From: Thermoflexales bacterium
Lineage (GTDB): Bacteria > Chloroflexota > Anaerolineae > Fen-1058
Reading direction: 5' to 3'
Assembly (NCBI GenBank): GCA_041740315.1
Contig: JBGSMF010000337.1
Span: 5,961-69,960, forward strand
Length of the DNA stretch: 64,000 nucleotides
How positions within the stretch are numbered: position 1 is the first letter of the stretch; each line of letters starts with the position of its first letter. The notes under the pieces were generated by a model. The model worked only from the letters and a program-made list of their open reading frames with translations, had not been told where the DNA came from and did not search any database. Shown here in pieces: positions 52,245-62,370 of the stretch. The translations under genes were made by a program, and so were the position numbers.

Positions 52245-53288
52245 ATGAGAACAACTATCAAAGATGTTGCTGAGCTTGCCCGAGTACATCCTTCCACAGT
52301 GTCAAGGGTCTTTTCAGGCAGCGCCAAAATCAGTGAAGAGACACGCTCACGGGTGATTCAGGCGGCTGGGCAGCTCAATTTTCATCCCAATGCCATTGCG
52401 CGTTCTTTGAGCATGCAGCGCGCCTATACTCTGGGCATGATTATCCCTCACAAGCAAGAGGAATTTTTCCTGGATCCGTTTTTCCCCCAGGTCTTGCGCG
52501 GCATTATGGCCATTATTTATCCCGAAGGGCTACGGCTTGTCATTGCCGGCACCGAGAATTTTGAAGATGAAGCCAATCTGGCCTTTAACCTGATTCGCTC
52601 TCGTCAGGTGGATGGCGTGCTAGTTCAGGCATCGCGGGTAGATGTTGACACCACGATGGCATTGTTGTCTGAGCGTTTGCCCTTTGTGTTGTTGGGGCGG
52701 CCGATCAAGGATGTGCCCAATCTGTGGTGGGTAGAAGTAGATGCCATGCGGGCGACGGCCGAAGCGATTACCTATTTGATCAATCTGGGCCATCGGCGGA
52801 TTGGGTTCATTGGCGGACATTCTACTCTGGTGGTCACATTAGACCGGTTGCAAGGTTACCGGCAAGCCTTGCGGCGCGCCAGGTTGCCTTTTGACAAGCG
52901 GCTGGTTAGCTATGGCGGGTTTCGGCAAGAGGGTGGTGGGCAAGCCATGCAAGGGTTTCTGTCCTTGGGGGGTGAACGTCCCACGGCAATTTATACTGCC
53001 AACGACCTGATGGCCATCGGCGCGATGCAAGCCTTGGAATCGGTTGGGCTGCAAGTGCCTCGCGATTGTTCGATAGTCAGCAGCAACGATAGTGAAGCAG
53101 CTTCTTGGGTTGTTCCGCATCTGACGACAAGCCATGCTCCCTATTACACCTTGGGATGCGAAGCGGCGCAGGCTTTGTTGGCGCAACTGCAGAATCCAGA
53201 TAGCCCGGCGGTTAAAAAGCTCATCCCATGCCCGTTGATTATTCGCTCGTCTACAGCGCCGCCGCCAAACAGCAGGCGTGAGGGTTGA
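52245..53288 (+). CDS. LacI-family transcriptional repressor
   Basis: MRTTIKDVAELARVHPSTVSRVFSG HTH plus sugar-binding domain; the track start 52101 runs through the promoter/operators. Confidence 0.9.
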   Translation: MRTTIKDVAELARVHPSTVSRVFSGSAKISEETRSRVIQAAGQLNFHPNAIARSLSMQRAYTLGMIIPHKQEEFFLDPFFPQVLRGIMAIIYPEGLRLVIAGTENFEDEANLAFNLIRSRQVDGVLVQASRVDVDTTMALLSERLPFVLLGRPIKDVPNLWWVEVDAMRATAEAITYLINLGHRRIGFIGGHSTLVVTLDRLQGYRQALRRARLPFDKRLVSYGGFRQEGGGQAMQGFLSLGGERPTAIYTANDLMAIGAMQALESVGLQVPRDCSIVSSNDSEAASWVVPHLTTSHAPYYTLGCEAAQALLAQLQNPDSPAVKKLIPCPLIIRSSTAPPPNSRREG

Positions 53289-53313
53289 CAGAGGCTATTT
53301 TCAGTAGTATTAT
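53285..53313 (+). promoter_or_regulatory. Sigma70-type promoter of the sugar ABC operon
   Basis: TTGACA-17 nt-TATTAT, overlapping the lacI-family stop codon. Confidence 0.5.
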
Positions 53314-53502
53314 GCCAAACGGCACATTCGAGTAGGCCGTTTTCATAGCGGGTCTCGAATAATGACCTATTTTGAAAATAGGTAATGATATCAGGAAGGA
53401 GGTGGGAGGTATCGCGAATAAAAACGCTCATTATGGGCAACAACAAATGTTGGTAACAAAACCCCGTATTCTCAAAAATATCAAATTGGAGGAATCTAGA
53501 AA

Positions 53503-54690
53503 ATGAAGAAGAACGTGTTTGCTGTACTCGCCCTGTTGGTTGTGGCAGGCATGCTGTTGAGCGCCTGCGGGACCGCTGCAACCCCAACCGCAGCCCCTGA
53601 GGCCAAGAAGGTTACCCTGTCGCTCTGGCATTCGTATCACACTGGCGGTTCGGAAGAGCAGGCCATCACTCAAATCGTTGAGGCGTACAAGGTAGCCAAT
53701 CCGAACGTGACCGTTGACATGCAGAATATCCCGTTCGATCAGATCTTTAACAAGTGGAAGACCGACGCTGCTTCGGGCGGCGCGGCGGCCGACATGTTCA
53801 CCGCCCCCAACGACGACCTGGGCAACTGGGTGCGCGCCGGCTTGGTTCTGCCGCTGGATGACCTGCTGGCTGGCAAGCTGGACAAGGTTTCTACGGCCGG
53901 CGTTAACGGCGTAAAGGTAGACGGCAAGATTTATGCGGTGCCGGGCATCATCAAGGCCGTGGCGCTGTACTATAACAAAGACAAGGTGCCCACCCCGCCC
54001 AAGACCACCGATGAATTGCTCCAAATGGTCAAGGATGGCAAGGTGCTCGTTTTGAACCAGAACGCTTACCACAACTTTGGTTTCTTTGGCGCGTTCGGCG
54101 GCAAGTTGATGGACGATACTGGCAAGTGCATCGCCGACCAGGCTGGTTTTACCGAAGCGATGCAATACCTGGTTGACTTGAAGGCGGCCGGGGCCAAGTT
54201 CGAGACTGATGGCGGCAAGGCCGACACAATGTTCCGCCAGGGCCAGGCCGACATGATCGTCAACGGCCCGTGGGTGTTGGGCGATTACAAGAAGGACCTG
54301 GGCGACAAGTTGGGCGTTGCCCCGATTCCGGCTGGCAAGGCTCCCGCTTCGCCATTGGCCGGCATTGATGGCTTTTATATCAACCCGAACAGCAAGAATG
54401 CCAAGGAAGCCGTTGACCTGGCGCTGTACATCTTTAGCGCCGAGGGATTAAAGATCTATGCCGATGTGGCTGGCGATCCGCCCGTGATGGACATTACGCT
54501 GGCTGACCCATTGGTCAAGGCTTTTGCCGATGCTGCGGCGACCGGCTTCCCTCGCCCGCAGAGCGCAGAGTTTGGCAATTACTGGGGTCCATTTGGTGAT
54601 ATGGTCACCAAAGTCTTGGAAGGCAAGGCTTCGCCCGCCGATGGTGTGAAAGAGGCTTGCGCCGCCATGAACACGGCGAACAAAAAGTAG
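53503..54690 (+). CDS. Maltose/maltodextrin-type (MalE-like) solute-binding lipoprotein
   Basis: 395 aa; lipobox LLSACG; WHSY...QIFNKWKTDAASGGAAADMF...GPWVLGDYKK pattern of MalE-like SBPs. Confidence 0.8.
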   Translation: MKKNVFAVLALLVVAGMLLSACGTAATPTAAPEAKKVTLSLWHSYHTGGSEEQAITQIVEAYKVANPNVTVDMQNIPFDQIFNKWKTDAASGGAAADMFTAPNDDLGNWVRAGLVLPLDDLLAGKLDKVSTAGVNGVKVDGKIYAVPGIIKAVALYYNKDKVPTPPKTTDELLQMVKDGKVLVLNQNAYHNFGFFGAFGGKLMDDTGKCIADQAGFTEAMQYLVDLKAAGAKFETDGGKADTMFRQGQADMIVNGPWVLGDYKKDLGDKLGVAPIPAGKAPASPLAGIDGFYINPNSKNAKEAVDLALYIFSAEGLKIYADVAGDPPVMDITLADPLVKAFADAAATGFPRPQSAEFGNYWGPFGDMVTKVLEGKASPADGVKEACAAMNTANKK

Positions 54691-54703
54691 TTTAACTCTG
54701 TCT

Positions 54704-54740
54704 AAAGGGGAGCGTTGCCAAGCAACGCCCCCCTTTTCTT
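54704..54740 (+). terminator. Stem-loop plus T-run after the binding-protein gene (attenuator/terminator)
   Basis: GGGGAGCGTTGC caa GCAACGCCCCCC followed by TTTTCTT. Confidence 0.5.
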
Positions 54741-54795
54741 AACTGGCCTTGCTTGGCCTCCGCTGGCTAAGCAGCGCAATGTTGGGAGATAGATT

Positions 54796-55797
54796 ATGGC
54801 CGCACAAACAAGAGCTATGGGTGAATCGAGAGCCTGGCAGCGCATTCGCAAAAAGGCAACCCCTTATGTCTATCTGATTCCTGCCTTTATCGTGATGGGA
54901 ATCATTACTTTTTACCCATTGGGGTTTCAGGTATGGATGTCGTTTACGGATTATGGCCTGGCCAATCTCAGGATCACCGCGCCCGCGCCAAACTGGGTGG
55001 GGCTGGCCAATTACATTGACATATTCAAGAACAACCTGCCTACCATCCCCAACTTTGATTTTTGGCACATGTTGGCCTTTAACCTGTTTTGGACCTTTTC
55101 CAATGTCATCGTCCACGTGGCGTTGGGCATCTTGATTGCCGTGATTCTCAACACTGAGGGCCTGTGGTTCAGGGGGATTTATCGCGCCATTTACATTTTG
55201 CCCATGGTCATTCCGCCGATCATTATTGCCAATGTTTGGAGGAATATGTACGATCGGGACTATGGCGCAATCAACCAGATGATCAATGCGGTTCTAGGGC
55301 TTTTTGGCGCGGGGCCGGCCCAGATCCGGTGGATTGACCAGATTGATCCGCCTATTTCATTTATCCCGCTCACACTCTCCTATTATGCGTTGCTGATCAC
55401 CAACATCTGGTTGGGCTGGCCGTTTATGACCATTGTGGCAACCGGGGCATTGCAGAGTATTCCCAAAGAACTGTACGAGGCGGCCTCGATTGATGGGGCC
55501 AGCCACCCGCAACAGTTGTGGGGCATCACGCTGCCGCTGCTGCGTCCTGCGATGGTGCCCGCCGCCGTGTTGGGCGTGATCACGACTTTTAACCTGTTCC
55601 ACCTGATTTACTTTTTGTCAGGAGGTGGGCCGTTGCGCCAGACCGAAATCTTGGTGACGACGGCTTTCCGCCTGGTCAACGAGAATCAGTTGTACGGCAT
55701 GGCGGCGGCATTTTGTGTGTATATTTTCTTTATCTTGTTGGGCCTGACCATGGTGGTCAACCGCGTTACGCGCGCGACGGAGAGTTACGATGTCTAG
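54796..55797 (+). CDS. Carbohydrate ABC permease (MalF-like)
   Basis: 333 aa, EAA loop EAASIDGASHPQQLWGITLPLL. Confidence 0.85.
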   Translation: MAAQTRAMGESRAWQRIRKKATPYVYLIPAFIVMGIITFYPLGFQVWMSFTDYGLANLRITAPAPNWVGLANYIDIFKNNLPTIPNFDFWHMLAFNLFWTFSNVIVHVALGILIAVILNTEGLWFRGIYRAIYILPMVIPPIIIANVWRNMYDRDYGAINQMINAVLGLFGAGPAQIRWIDQIDPPISFIPLTLSYYALLITNIWLGWPFMTIVATGALQSIPKELYEAASIDGASHPQQLWGITLPLLRPAMVPAAVLGVITTFNLFHLIYFLSGGGPLRQTEILVTTAFRLVNENQLYGMAAAFCVYIFFILLGLTMVVNRVTRATESYDV

Positions 55798-56740
55798 ACT
55801 AGCTAATCTATTCAATCGCAAATCCAGGGCGGGCGAGTTGATGCCTTCTGGGCGGCAACTAGGGCTGATCCAACAATTGTTGCTACAGGCGCTGCTGATT
55901 TTTATTGCCTTTACGGTGATTTTTCCGATTTTGTGGGTGGTGAGCCTGTCGCTCGACCCACGCGACATCTCGCGCCCGACCGAGTTGGCGCTGATTCCGC
56001 CGGGGGCGTCTTTCACGGCTTATGCTCAGGTGCTCGAACGCCCGACCAATAACAACATTAGTTTTGCCGCGCTGGCTTTTAATAGCTTTCGACTAGCCTT
56101 TGGCACTTCGGTGGGGGCGGTCTTGATTGGCGTGCTGGCGGCTTATTCCTTTTCGCGCTTTCGCTTTGCGGGCCGCGAGTTGTTGATGCTGGGCATTGTG
56201 GCTGTGTTGATGTTGCCTTCCATCGCCTCTTTGCCGGCGTTGTACGTGCTGTTGAACAAGTTCCAGGTAGCCGACCCGGAAACCGGCAGGGCCATTTTCA
56301 ACTTGCGCGACTCGCTGGCCGGGGTGGGCCTGGCGATTATATCGGGCATGTTGCCGTTTTCAATCTGGAACCTCAAGGGCTATCTGGACACTATACCCAA
56401 AGACCTGGAAGAGGCCGCCATTATTGACGGCGCTTCGGCCAACCAGGTGTTTTTGTCCGTGATCTTGCCGCTGGCCACGCCGGCGCTGGCCGTGACGGCT
56501 TTTCTGGGCTTTATGAGCGGCTGGACTGAATTTGGCATTTCGTGGCAGTTCTTGACCAAAGTGTCGGATCACACCCTCATTATGGAACTGTACAACATGG
56601 TGGGGCAGTATGCTGATAACACCCCCTGGGCCAAGTTTGCGGCCATGTCTATCTTGGTGGCTTTCCCGGTGTCGGCTGTTTACATGAGCTTGCAGCGCTA
56701 TATCGTCGGCGGCCTGACGGTAGGTGGCACCAAAGGCTAG
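55790..56740 (+). CDS. Carbohydrate ABC permease (MalG-like)
   Basis: 316 aa, EAAIIDGASANQVFLSVILPL; 8-nt overlap with the upstream gene. Confidence 0.85.
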   Translation: MSRLANLFNRKSRAGELMPSGRQLGLIQQLLLQALLIFIAFTVIFPILWVVSLSLDPRDISRPTELALIPPGASFTAYAQVLERPTNNNISFAALAFNSFRLAFGTSVGAVLIGVLAAYSFSRFRFAGRELLMLGIVAVLMLPSIASLPALYVLLNKFQVADPETGRAIFNLRDSLAGVGLAIISGMLPFSIWNLKGYLDTIPKDLEEAAIIDGASANQVFLSVILPLATPALAVTAFLGFMSGWTEFGISWQFLTKVSDHTLIMELYNMVGQYADNTPWAKFAAMSILVAFPVSAVYMSLQRYIVGGLTVGGTKG

Positions 56741-56884
56741 GTGGGTTGCTGCGCGACCTGCGCCTGGCAGCCCGCCGGCGTGTAGCGCCGGACACGGGCA
56801 AGCAGTTTCGGGCCAAGCCCTGCAAAAAAATAGCAGCAAAAGTTAGCCGCCGGCGCCTCCAACGGTTTCCGGCGGCTCGCTGGT

Positions 56885-59344
56885 TTGAAGGCAATGATGA
56901 ACTCTATGATTCCCCCTCGTTTCAAGATCAATTCCCAACCTTTGGCGCAGCCTGAAGCGATTGTAAATGGCCCTCACGTTCGTTTTACGGTATTGACCTC
57001 GCGCCTGATCCGGCTGGAATATTCGCCGCAGGACTGCTTTGAAGACCGCGCCAGCCAGGTTTTTTGGCATCGCCGGCAGCCCGCGCCTGATTTTAGAGTT
57101 GTTCAATCGCCGGACCAGCTAGAAATCATCACCGAGCATTTGCATTTGCGCTATGTGCTTGCCCCGGGTGGCTTTAGAGATTCGCTGTCAATCGAGCTGA
57201 GGCAATTGGGCGCGCGCTGGCGCTATGGCGAGCGCGATTGGCATAATCTATTGGGCACGGCCCGCACGCTCGACGGGACCAATGGCCCCATCCACATCGA
57301 GCCAGGGTTGATGTCTCGCCGAGGCTGGGCGGTGGTGGATGATTCGAGCCGCTTGGTTTTTAGTGAGGCGGGTTGGTTAGAGCCACAGGTGGCCCCTGGC
57401 AAGCTTGATTTGTACTTTTTCGGCTATGGGCACGACTATGTGGCCTGCCTGCGCGATTTTTGCCAGGTAGCCGGGCCAATGCCGCTTGTGCCGCGGTGGG
57501 TGTTGGGAAACTGGTGGTCGCGTTATTGGGCATATTCGCAAGATGAGCTGATAGAGTTGATGCAAGACTTTGAAAGGCATGACGCGCCGCTGGCCGTGTG
57601 CGTGATAGATATGGACTGGCACATTACCCAAACAGGCAACGCCTCTAGTGGTTGGACTGGCTATACTTGGAACAGGAAGCTGTTTCCCGATCCGAAGGGG
57701 TTATTACACTGGCTGCACGAGCGGGGCCTCAAGGTCACGCTCAACTTGCACCCTGCCGATGGCGTGCATCCGCACGAAGCGCGTTATCAAGCCATGGCGC
57801 GCCGGATGGGTGTGAACCCGGCCAGCGGCCAGCCGGTGCTGTTTGATATTGCCAACCCTGAATTTGCGGCGGCTTATTTTGACATCTTGCACCATCCACT
57901 GGAAGAACAAGGGGTAGACTTTTGGTGGATTGACTGGCAGCAGGGCGAAAGGACCAATGTATCTGGGCTTGACCCATTGTGGTGGCTGAATCACTTGCAC
58001 TATAACGATTTGGCCCGCGCCGAGGAAAAGCGTCCCTTTATCTTTTCACGCTGGGGCGGCCTGGGCAACCATCGCTACCCGATTGGTTTTTCTGGCGACA
58101 CCTTTGTGACGTGGGAAACGTTGGCGTTTCAGCCTTATTTTACGGCGACGGCGGCCAATGTGGGTTATGGCTGGTGGAGTCACGACATTGGCGGCCACCA
58201 GCGTGGCATTGAAGACCACGAGCTGTACACGCGCTGGGTGCAGTTTGGCGTGTTTAGCCCGGTGCTGCGCCTGCACAGCACCAGCAATTCGTACCACGAG
58301 CGCCGCCCGTGGGGATACGACGCGGAAACCTTGCGCATCACTCGCAGTGCGCTGCAACTGCGGCATGCGCTTTTACCCTATTTGTATTCGATGGCCTGGA
58401 GATGCCATGTAGACGCTCGCCCTTTGGTTTTGCCCATGTATTACCTTGACCCTGAGGCGGAGGATGCCTACTGTTGCCCGAACCAGTATTATTTTGGCAG
58501 CGAGTTGATTGCCGCGCCCTTTGTTTCGCCGGCTGATCCCGATACGCGGCTCAGCCGCCAGGCGATTTGGCTGCCACAAGGGGACTGGTTCAATTTCTTT
58601 AGCGGCGAACACTACCAAGGCGGGCGATGGCTTGCCATGTATGGAACGCTTGAAGAGATTCCAGTGTTGGCCAAGGCTGGCGGCATTATTCCGCTTGGCC
58701 CGCAGGTGGGGTGGGGCGGCCTGACGAATCCAGACGAGCTGACGCTTTGCATTTTCCCCGGCGCAGATAACACCTTTGAATTGTACGAAGATGATGGCGA
58801 GACACAAGCCTATGTAAATGGCAAATACGCTGTCACCAGGTTCTCGCAAGCCTGGGGCGGAACTAGTTTGCAGTTCACCATTGCGCCGGTTGAGGGTGAC
58901 TTGGCGCTTGTCCCGGCGCGGCGCACTTTTAAGCTGGTGGTCCGCGGGGTGAGCTTGCCAGATAGGGTGAGCTTGACTATTAACAATGCCGAGCATAACC
59001 TCGATCGCAAGCTCGAACGTAAACTGGACAGGGTTTTACCTAGTTCTGGCCAGGATTTCTCTTACGATGAGCAGACCGAGACCCTGGCTGTGCAGGGTGT
59101 TGTTTTAGGCCCGGCTGACAAGCTGGCGCTAGAATTGGCCGTAGGCTCTGGGATGTTGCTCGCCAAGCGAGATCGCCGGCTGGAAACCTGCCGCAAGCTG
59201 CTGCGCGCGTTTCGGCTGGATACGGGCATCAAGCAGCAAATTGATGACGACCTGGTAAACATTCTTCAAGGACACTCGTCACTGATAAAGCACAGCCGCA
59301 CTCTTGGAGACGCGCACTTGAACGCGTTGCAAAGTGTACTATGA
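56885..59344 (+). CDS. GH31-family glycoside hydrolase
   Basis: 819 aa; VCVIDMDWH, VDFWWIDWQQGE (nucleophile region), PIGFSGDT, GYGWWSHDIGGH. Confidence 0.8.
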   Translation: MKAMMNSMIPPRFKINSQPLAQPEAIVNGPHVRFTVLTSRLIRLEYSPQDCFEDRASQVFWHRRQPAPDFRVVQSPDQLEIITEHLHLRYVLAPGGFRDSLSIELRQLGARWRYGERDWHNLLGTARTLDGTNGPIHIEPGLMSRRGWAVVDDSSRLVFSEAGWLEPQVAPGKLDLYFFGYGHDYVACLRDFCQVAGPMPLVPRWVLGNWWSRYWAYSQDELIELMQDFERHDAPLAVCVIDMDWHITQTGNASSGWTGYTWNRKLFPDPKGLLHWLHERGLKVTLNLHPADGVHPHEARYQAMARRMGVNPASGQPVLFDIANPEFAAAYFDILHHPLEEQGVDFWWIDWQQGERTNVSGLDPLWWLNHLHYNDLARAEEKRPFIFSRWGGLGNHRYPIGFSGDTFVTWETLAFQPYFTATAANVGYGWWSHDIGGHQRGIEDHELYTRWVQFGVFSPVLRLHSTSNSYHERRPWGYDAETLRITRSALQLRHALLPYLYSMAWRCHVDARPLVLPMYYLDPEAEDAYCCPNQYYFGSELIAAPFVSPADPDTRLSRQAIWLPQGDWFNFFSGEHYQGGRWLAMYGTLEEIPVLAKAGGIIPLGPQVGWGGLTNPDELTLCIFPGADNTFELYEDDGETQAYVNGKYAVTRFSQAWGGTSLQFTIAPVEGDLALVPARRTFKLVVRGVSLPDRVSLTINNAEHNLDRKLERKLDRVLPSSGQDFSYDEQTETLAVQGVVLGPADKLALELAVGSGMLLAKRDRRLETCRKLLRAFRLDTGIKQQIDDDLVNILQGHSSLIKHSRTLGDAHLNALQSVL

Positions 59345-61470
59345 AGCAATCACGCTGGATTCGCATTGTCGCTATTCTGGCTGTCACGCTGGTTGCCCTA
59401 TTGTTGCGACTGCGGGCGGTCGAGTTGTTGCCTATTGACTATGATGAAGACGACTATATGCGCGCAGGGCAGCAATATGCCACGGGTCTCAAGGCAGGTG
59501 ACCTGGGTGTGGTGACGCGCGAGAATTATCGCACCGAGCATCCCCCGCTCACCAAGCTGGCCACTGGTGTGGCGCTGGCCTTTTTGCCGCCCGTGTCCGA
59601 AATCCCCGACCGGCCTACCACGGCTAGCCCGGCGGGGTCACTGCCGCAGCCGCACCTTACCGTTGCGCGCTGGCTGCAAGCGGCTTGTGGCGTCTTGGCG
59701 GTTTTGGCCTTGGCCATCCTCAATCCATTGGCGGGGCTTGCGCTTGGCATTTTTACCTGGCAGATCAAGTACACCAGCCAGGTGATGCTCGAATCGCTGC
59801 CTGCGCTGACCAGCCTGTTGGTGGTGCTGTGCCATCAACGCTCTCAAGGCAAGTGGAATGTCTGGCTGGCGCTCTCGGCGGTGGCGTTGGGGCTGACGGT
59901 GGCGGGCAAATATCCGTATGTTTTTGCGGGCGTAGCTGTGGCTGCCTATTGGCTGTGGAGCACCTATCCGCGCCAGTCGCCCCGCACTGCCGCGGCGCTG
60001 GCTGGCTGGCTGTGGCCGGTGGCGGCCTGGGGGGCGCTGGCGCTAATTACGTTCTTTGCGGCTGATCCGTATTTGTGGCCCGACCCAATTAACCGCCTAA
60101 AAGAGTCTGTCCTTTATCACGGTGGTTATGCCCAAAGCGAGCACGTGCGCGAGGCGGGTTTCCCGGCATGGCAGCCGTTGGTCTGGCTTTTTGGATCGGT
60201 CCCATGGCACCCCGGCGTGTTTGTTGTGAGCCTAGACCCCTTTATCACGCTGCTGGCTGTGCTAGGGCTGCCGCGCCTGTGGCGGCAGCAGCGCGTGTTT
60301 GCGCTGTGGCTGATGTTGGAATTGGGCTTTTTGCTGGTGTGGCCCACAAAGTGGCCGCAGTACATCTTGATGCTCACGGTTCCCCTCTGCCTGAGCGCCG
60401 GGCTGGGTCTTGAAAAAGTTTGGCCAACCTTGGTGAGCTGGCTCAAGCAAACACGCCTGGCCTGGGCACGGGCCAAAGCGCCCAACCGGCGCACGTGGAT
60501 TGAAACATTGCATGCGTTGCCCTGGCTGCTGCCTGGCTTGCTTGCTCTGAGCTTGATTGTATTGTTCCCACTGGCTTACCAGTTGGCAATGTCGCTGACC
60601 GATTTCAACACCATCTCGATCCGCGATGGTATTCAGGGGGGCATTTGGCGGGCTGTGTGGCAAGGCTTGACCAGGCAAGTAGAACCAGTGCCGGCAGAGT
60701 TGTTTTCAACCGACACGAGCGCGGCGACGCGCGAGGTGCACTATGCCGGATTTGCTCTGTTGGAGCAATTGTTTTCCGGCACGGCGGCTTCGGTGCTGGT
60801 CTTTAACGTCGCTTGGACTGCGCTATCGGTGGGTTTGCAGACGGCGCTGGGGGTGGCTATTGCGCTGCTGTTGAACAAGCGTGGGGTGCGCTTTAGAGGC
60901 TGGTGGCGAGCGCTCTTTATTTTGCCCTGGGCGCTGCCCGAGTTTGTGGGAGCCATGGTGTGGATGAACATCTTTGAGCCGACGAATGGCTGGTTGAGCC
61001 TGGCGCTGCGCACGCCGATCCGGTGGGGAGAAAACCCCCTGCTGGCGCTGGGGGTGCTGCTTGTGGCTGCCACCTGGATGGGTTGGCCGCTCATCATGCT
61101 GGCGGCGACAGCCGGGCTAAAGATGATCCCGGCCGACGTGTACGATGCAGCGGCGGTGGACGGCGCAAGCGCCTGGACCAGGTTCAGGTACATCACCTGG
61201 CCGATGCTATTGCCATTGCTGGCGCCGGCATTGATTTTACGCATCATTTTTGCGTTCAACCAATTTTACCTGTTTTACGTCATGGAGCCGCCTTTTGGGC
61301 TCTATACCTTTGCGTCGGTATCGTTTTTCTTTTTTGATGCCAACAACTATTTTGGCGGCCAGTTTGCCGTTTCAGCGGCGCTCAATGTGTTCACCGTAAT
61401 CGTGTTGATTGCGCTGGTGCTATGGTTCAGCCGCTGGAGCAAGGCAGCGGAGGGCGTGACCTATGCATAA
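59341..61470 (+). CDS. Fusion protein: N-terminal GT-C/GT39-like multi-TM domain + C-terminal MalF-like ABC permease domain
   Basis: 709 aa. The first ~380 aa resemble PMT_2/ArnT-like proteins (LLPIDYDEDDYMRAGQQYA...EHPPLTKL). From about aa 385 it is a typical permease (LPWLLPGLLALSLIVLFPLAYQLAMSLTDF...AAAVDGASAWTRFRYITWPML). Confidence 0.7.
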   Translation: MKQSRWIRIVAILAVTLVALLLRLRAVELLPIDYDEDDYMRAGQQYATGLKAGDLGVVTRENYRTEHPPLTKLATGVALAFLPPVSEIPDRPTTASPAGSLPQPHLTVARWLQAACGVLAVLALAILNPLAGLALGIFTWQIKYTSQVMLESLPALTSLLVVLCHQRSQGKWNVWLALSAVALGLTVAGKYPYVFAGVAVAAYWLWSTYPRQSPRTAAALAGWLWPVAAWGALALITFFAADPYLWPDPINRLKESVLYHGGYAQSEHVREAGFPAWQPLVWLFGSVPWHPGVFVVSLDPFITLLAVLGLPRLWRQQRVFALWLMLELGFLLVWPTKWPQYILMLTVPLCLSAGLGLEKVWPTLVSWLKQTRLAWARAKAPNRRTWIETLHALPWLLPGLLALSLIVLFPLAYQLAMSLTDFNTISIRDGIQGGIWRAVWQGLTRQVEPVPAELFSTDTSAATREVHYAGFALLEQLFSGTAASVLVFNVAWTALSVGLQTALGVAIALLLNKRGVRFRGWWRALFILPWALPEFVGAMVWMNIFEPTNGWLSLALRTPIRWGENPLLALGVLLVAATWMGWPLIMLAATAGLKMIPADVYDAAAVDGASAWTRFRYITWPMLLPLLAPALILRIIFAFNQFYLFYVMEPPFGLYTFASVSFFFFDANNYFGGQFAVSAALNVFTVIVLIALVLWFSRWSKAAEGVTYA

Positions 61471-62326
61471 AGTGGCCGGGTGGAAGCAGGTTGTGTATCA
61501 ACTCACCCTGGTGCTGGTGGCGCTGTTTGTGCTGTTGCCGCTATGGGGGCTGGCTTTTATGGCGCTCGACGATGCTATCCAGGGATGGCCGCTCGAGTTT
61601 CGGCTGTGGCCCAAAGAGCTGACGCTGTCGGTCTTGCAGCGCATGTGGGAAAAGCCCGGGCAGACGCTGTCTTTTCTGGGGCTGTTGCGCAACAGCCTGA
61701 TTGTGGCCGGTGGAGCGGCGGCGCTTTCGGTGGTGTTTGGGGCAAGCATGGCCTATGCTTTTGCGCGGCTGCGCTTTCCGGGGCAAAAGCCGGGTCTGTT
61801 TGGCTTGTTGGTGGGCGCGCTGCTGCCGCCGGTGGCGCTAATGACGCCGCTGTACGTGCTGCTGACGGCGCTGCAATTGCGCGCGTCGTTGTTTGGCTTG
61901 ATGATTGTTTATATGGCCATGAGCATGCCATTTTGCGTGTGGAATATGCGCGCGTCCTTTCAAGCTGTGCCGCTGGAACTGGAGGAATCGGCCTTTTTGG
62001 ATGGGGCTTCTCGGCTGGTGGCTTTTTTGCGTGTCACGCTGCCGTTGGCTTTGCCCTCGATTGCGGTTGCGGCGCTGATTGCCTTTCTAATCGGCTATTC
62101 CGAATTTGCGCTGGGATGGTTGTTTGTGGCCAAGCCCGATAACGTGACGGTGGCGATGGCGGTTTCGGGCATGCTGCGGCAAACCCACTTTGGGGCGTCG
62201 GCTTCTTGGAATGAGCTGGCGGCGCTGGCCTTGCTGATGAGCCTGCCAGTAGTCGTTATCTTTATACTCTTGCAGCGTTATCTGTTGAGTGGCTTGCTGC
62301 TGGGCGGGGTTGAGGTTGAGGATTGA
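61463..62326 (+). CDS. Carbohydrate ABC permease (MalG-like)
   Basis: 287 aa, ESAFLDGASRLVAFLRVTLPL. Confidence 0.85.
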   Translation: MHKVAGWKQVVYQLTLVLVALFVLLPLWGLAFMALDDAIQGWPLEFRLWPKELTLSVLQRMWEKPGQTLSFLGLLRNSLIVAGGAAALSVVFGASMAYAFARLRFPGQKPGLFGLLVGALLPPVALMTPLYVLLTALQLRASLFGLMIVYMAMSMPFCVWNMRASFQAVPLELEESAFLDGASRLVAFLRVTLPLALPSIAVAALIAFLIGYSEFALGWLFVAKPDNVTVAMAVSGMLRQTHFGASASWNELAALALLMSLPVVVIFILLQRYLLSGLLLGGVEVED

Positions 62327-62370
62327 GGTTGGGGTTAAGGCTGAGGGTTAAGGTTAAGGGAGATGATGAA

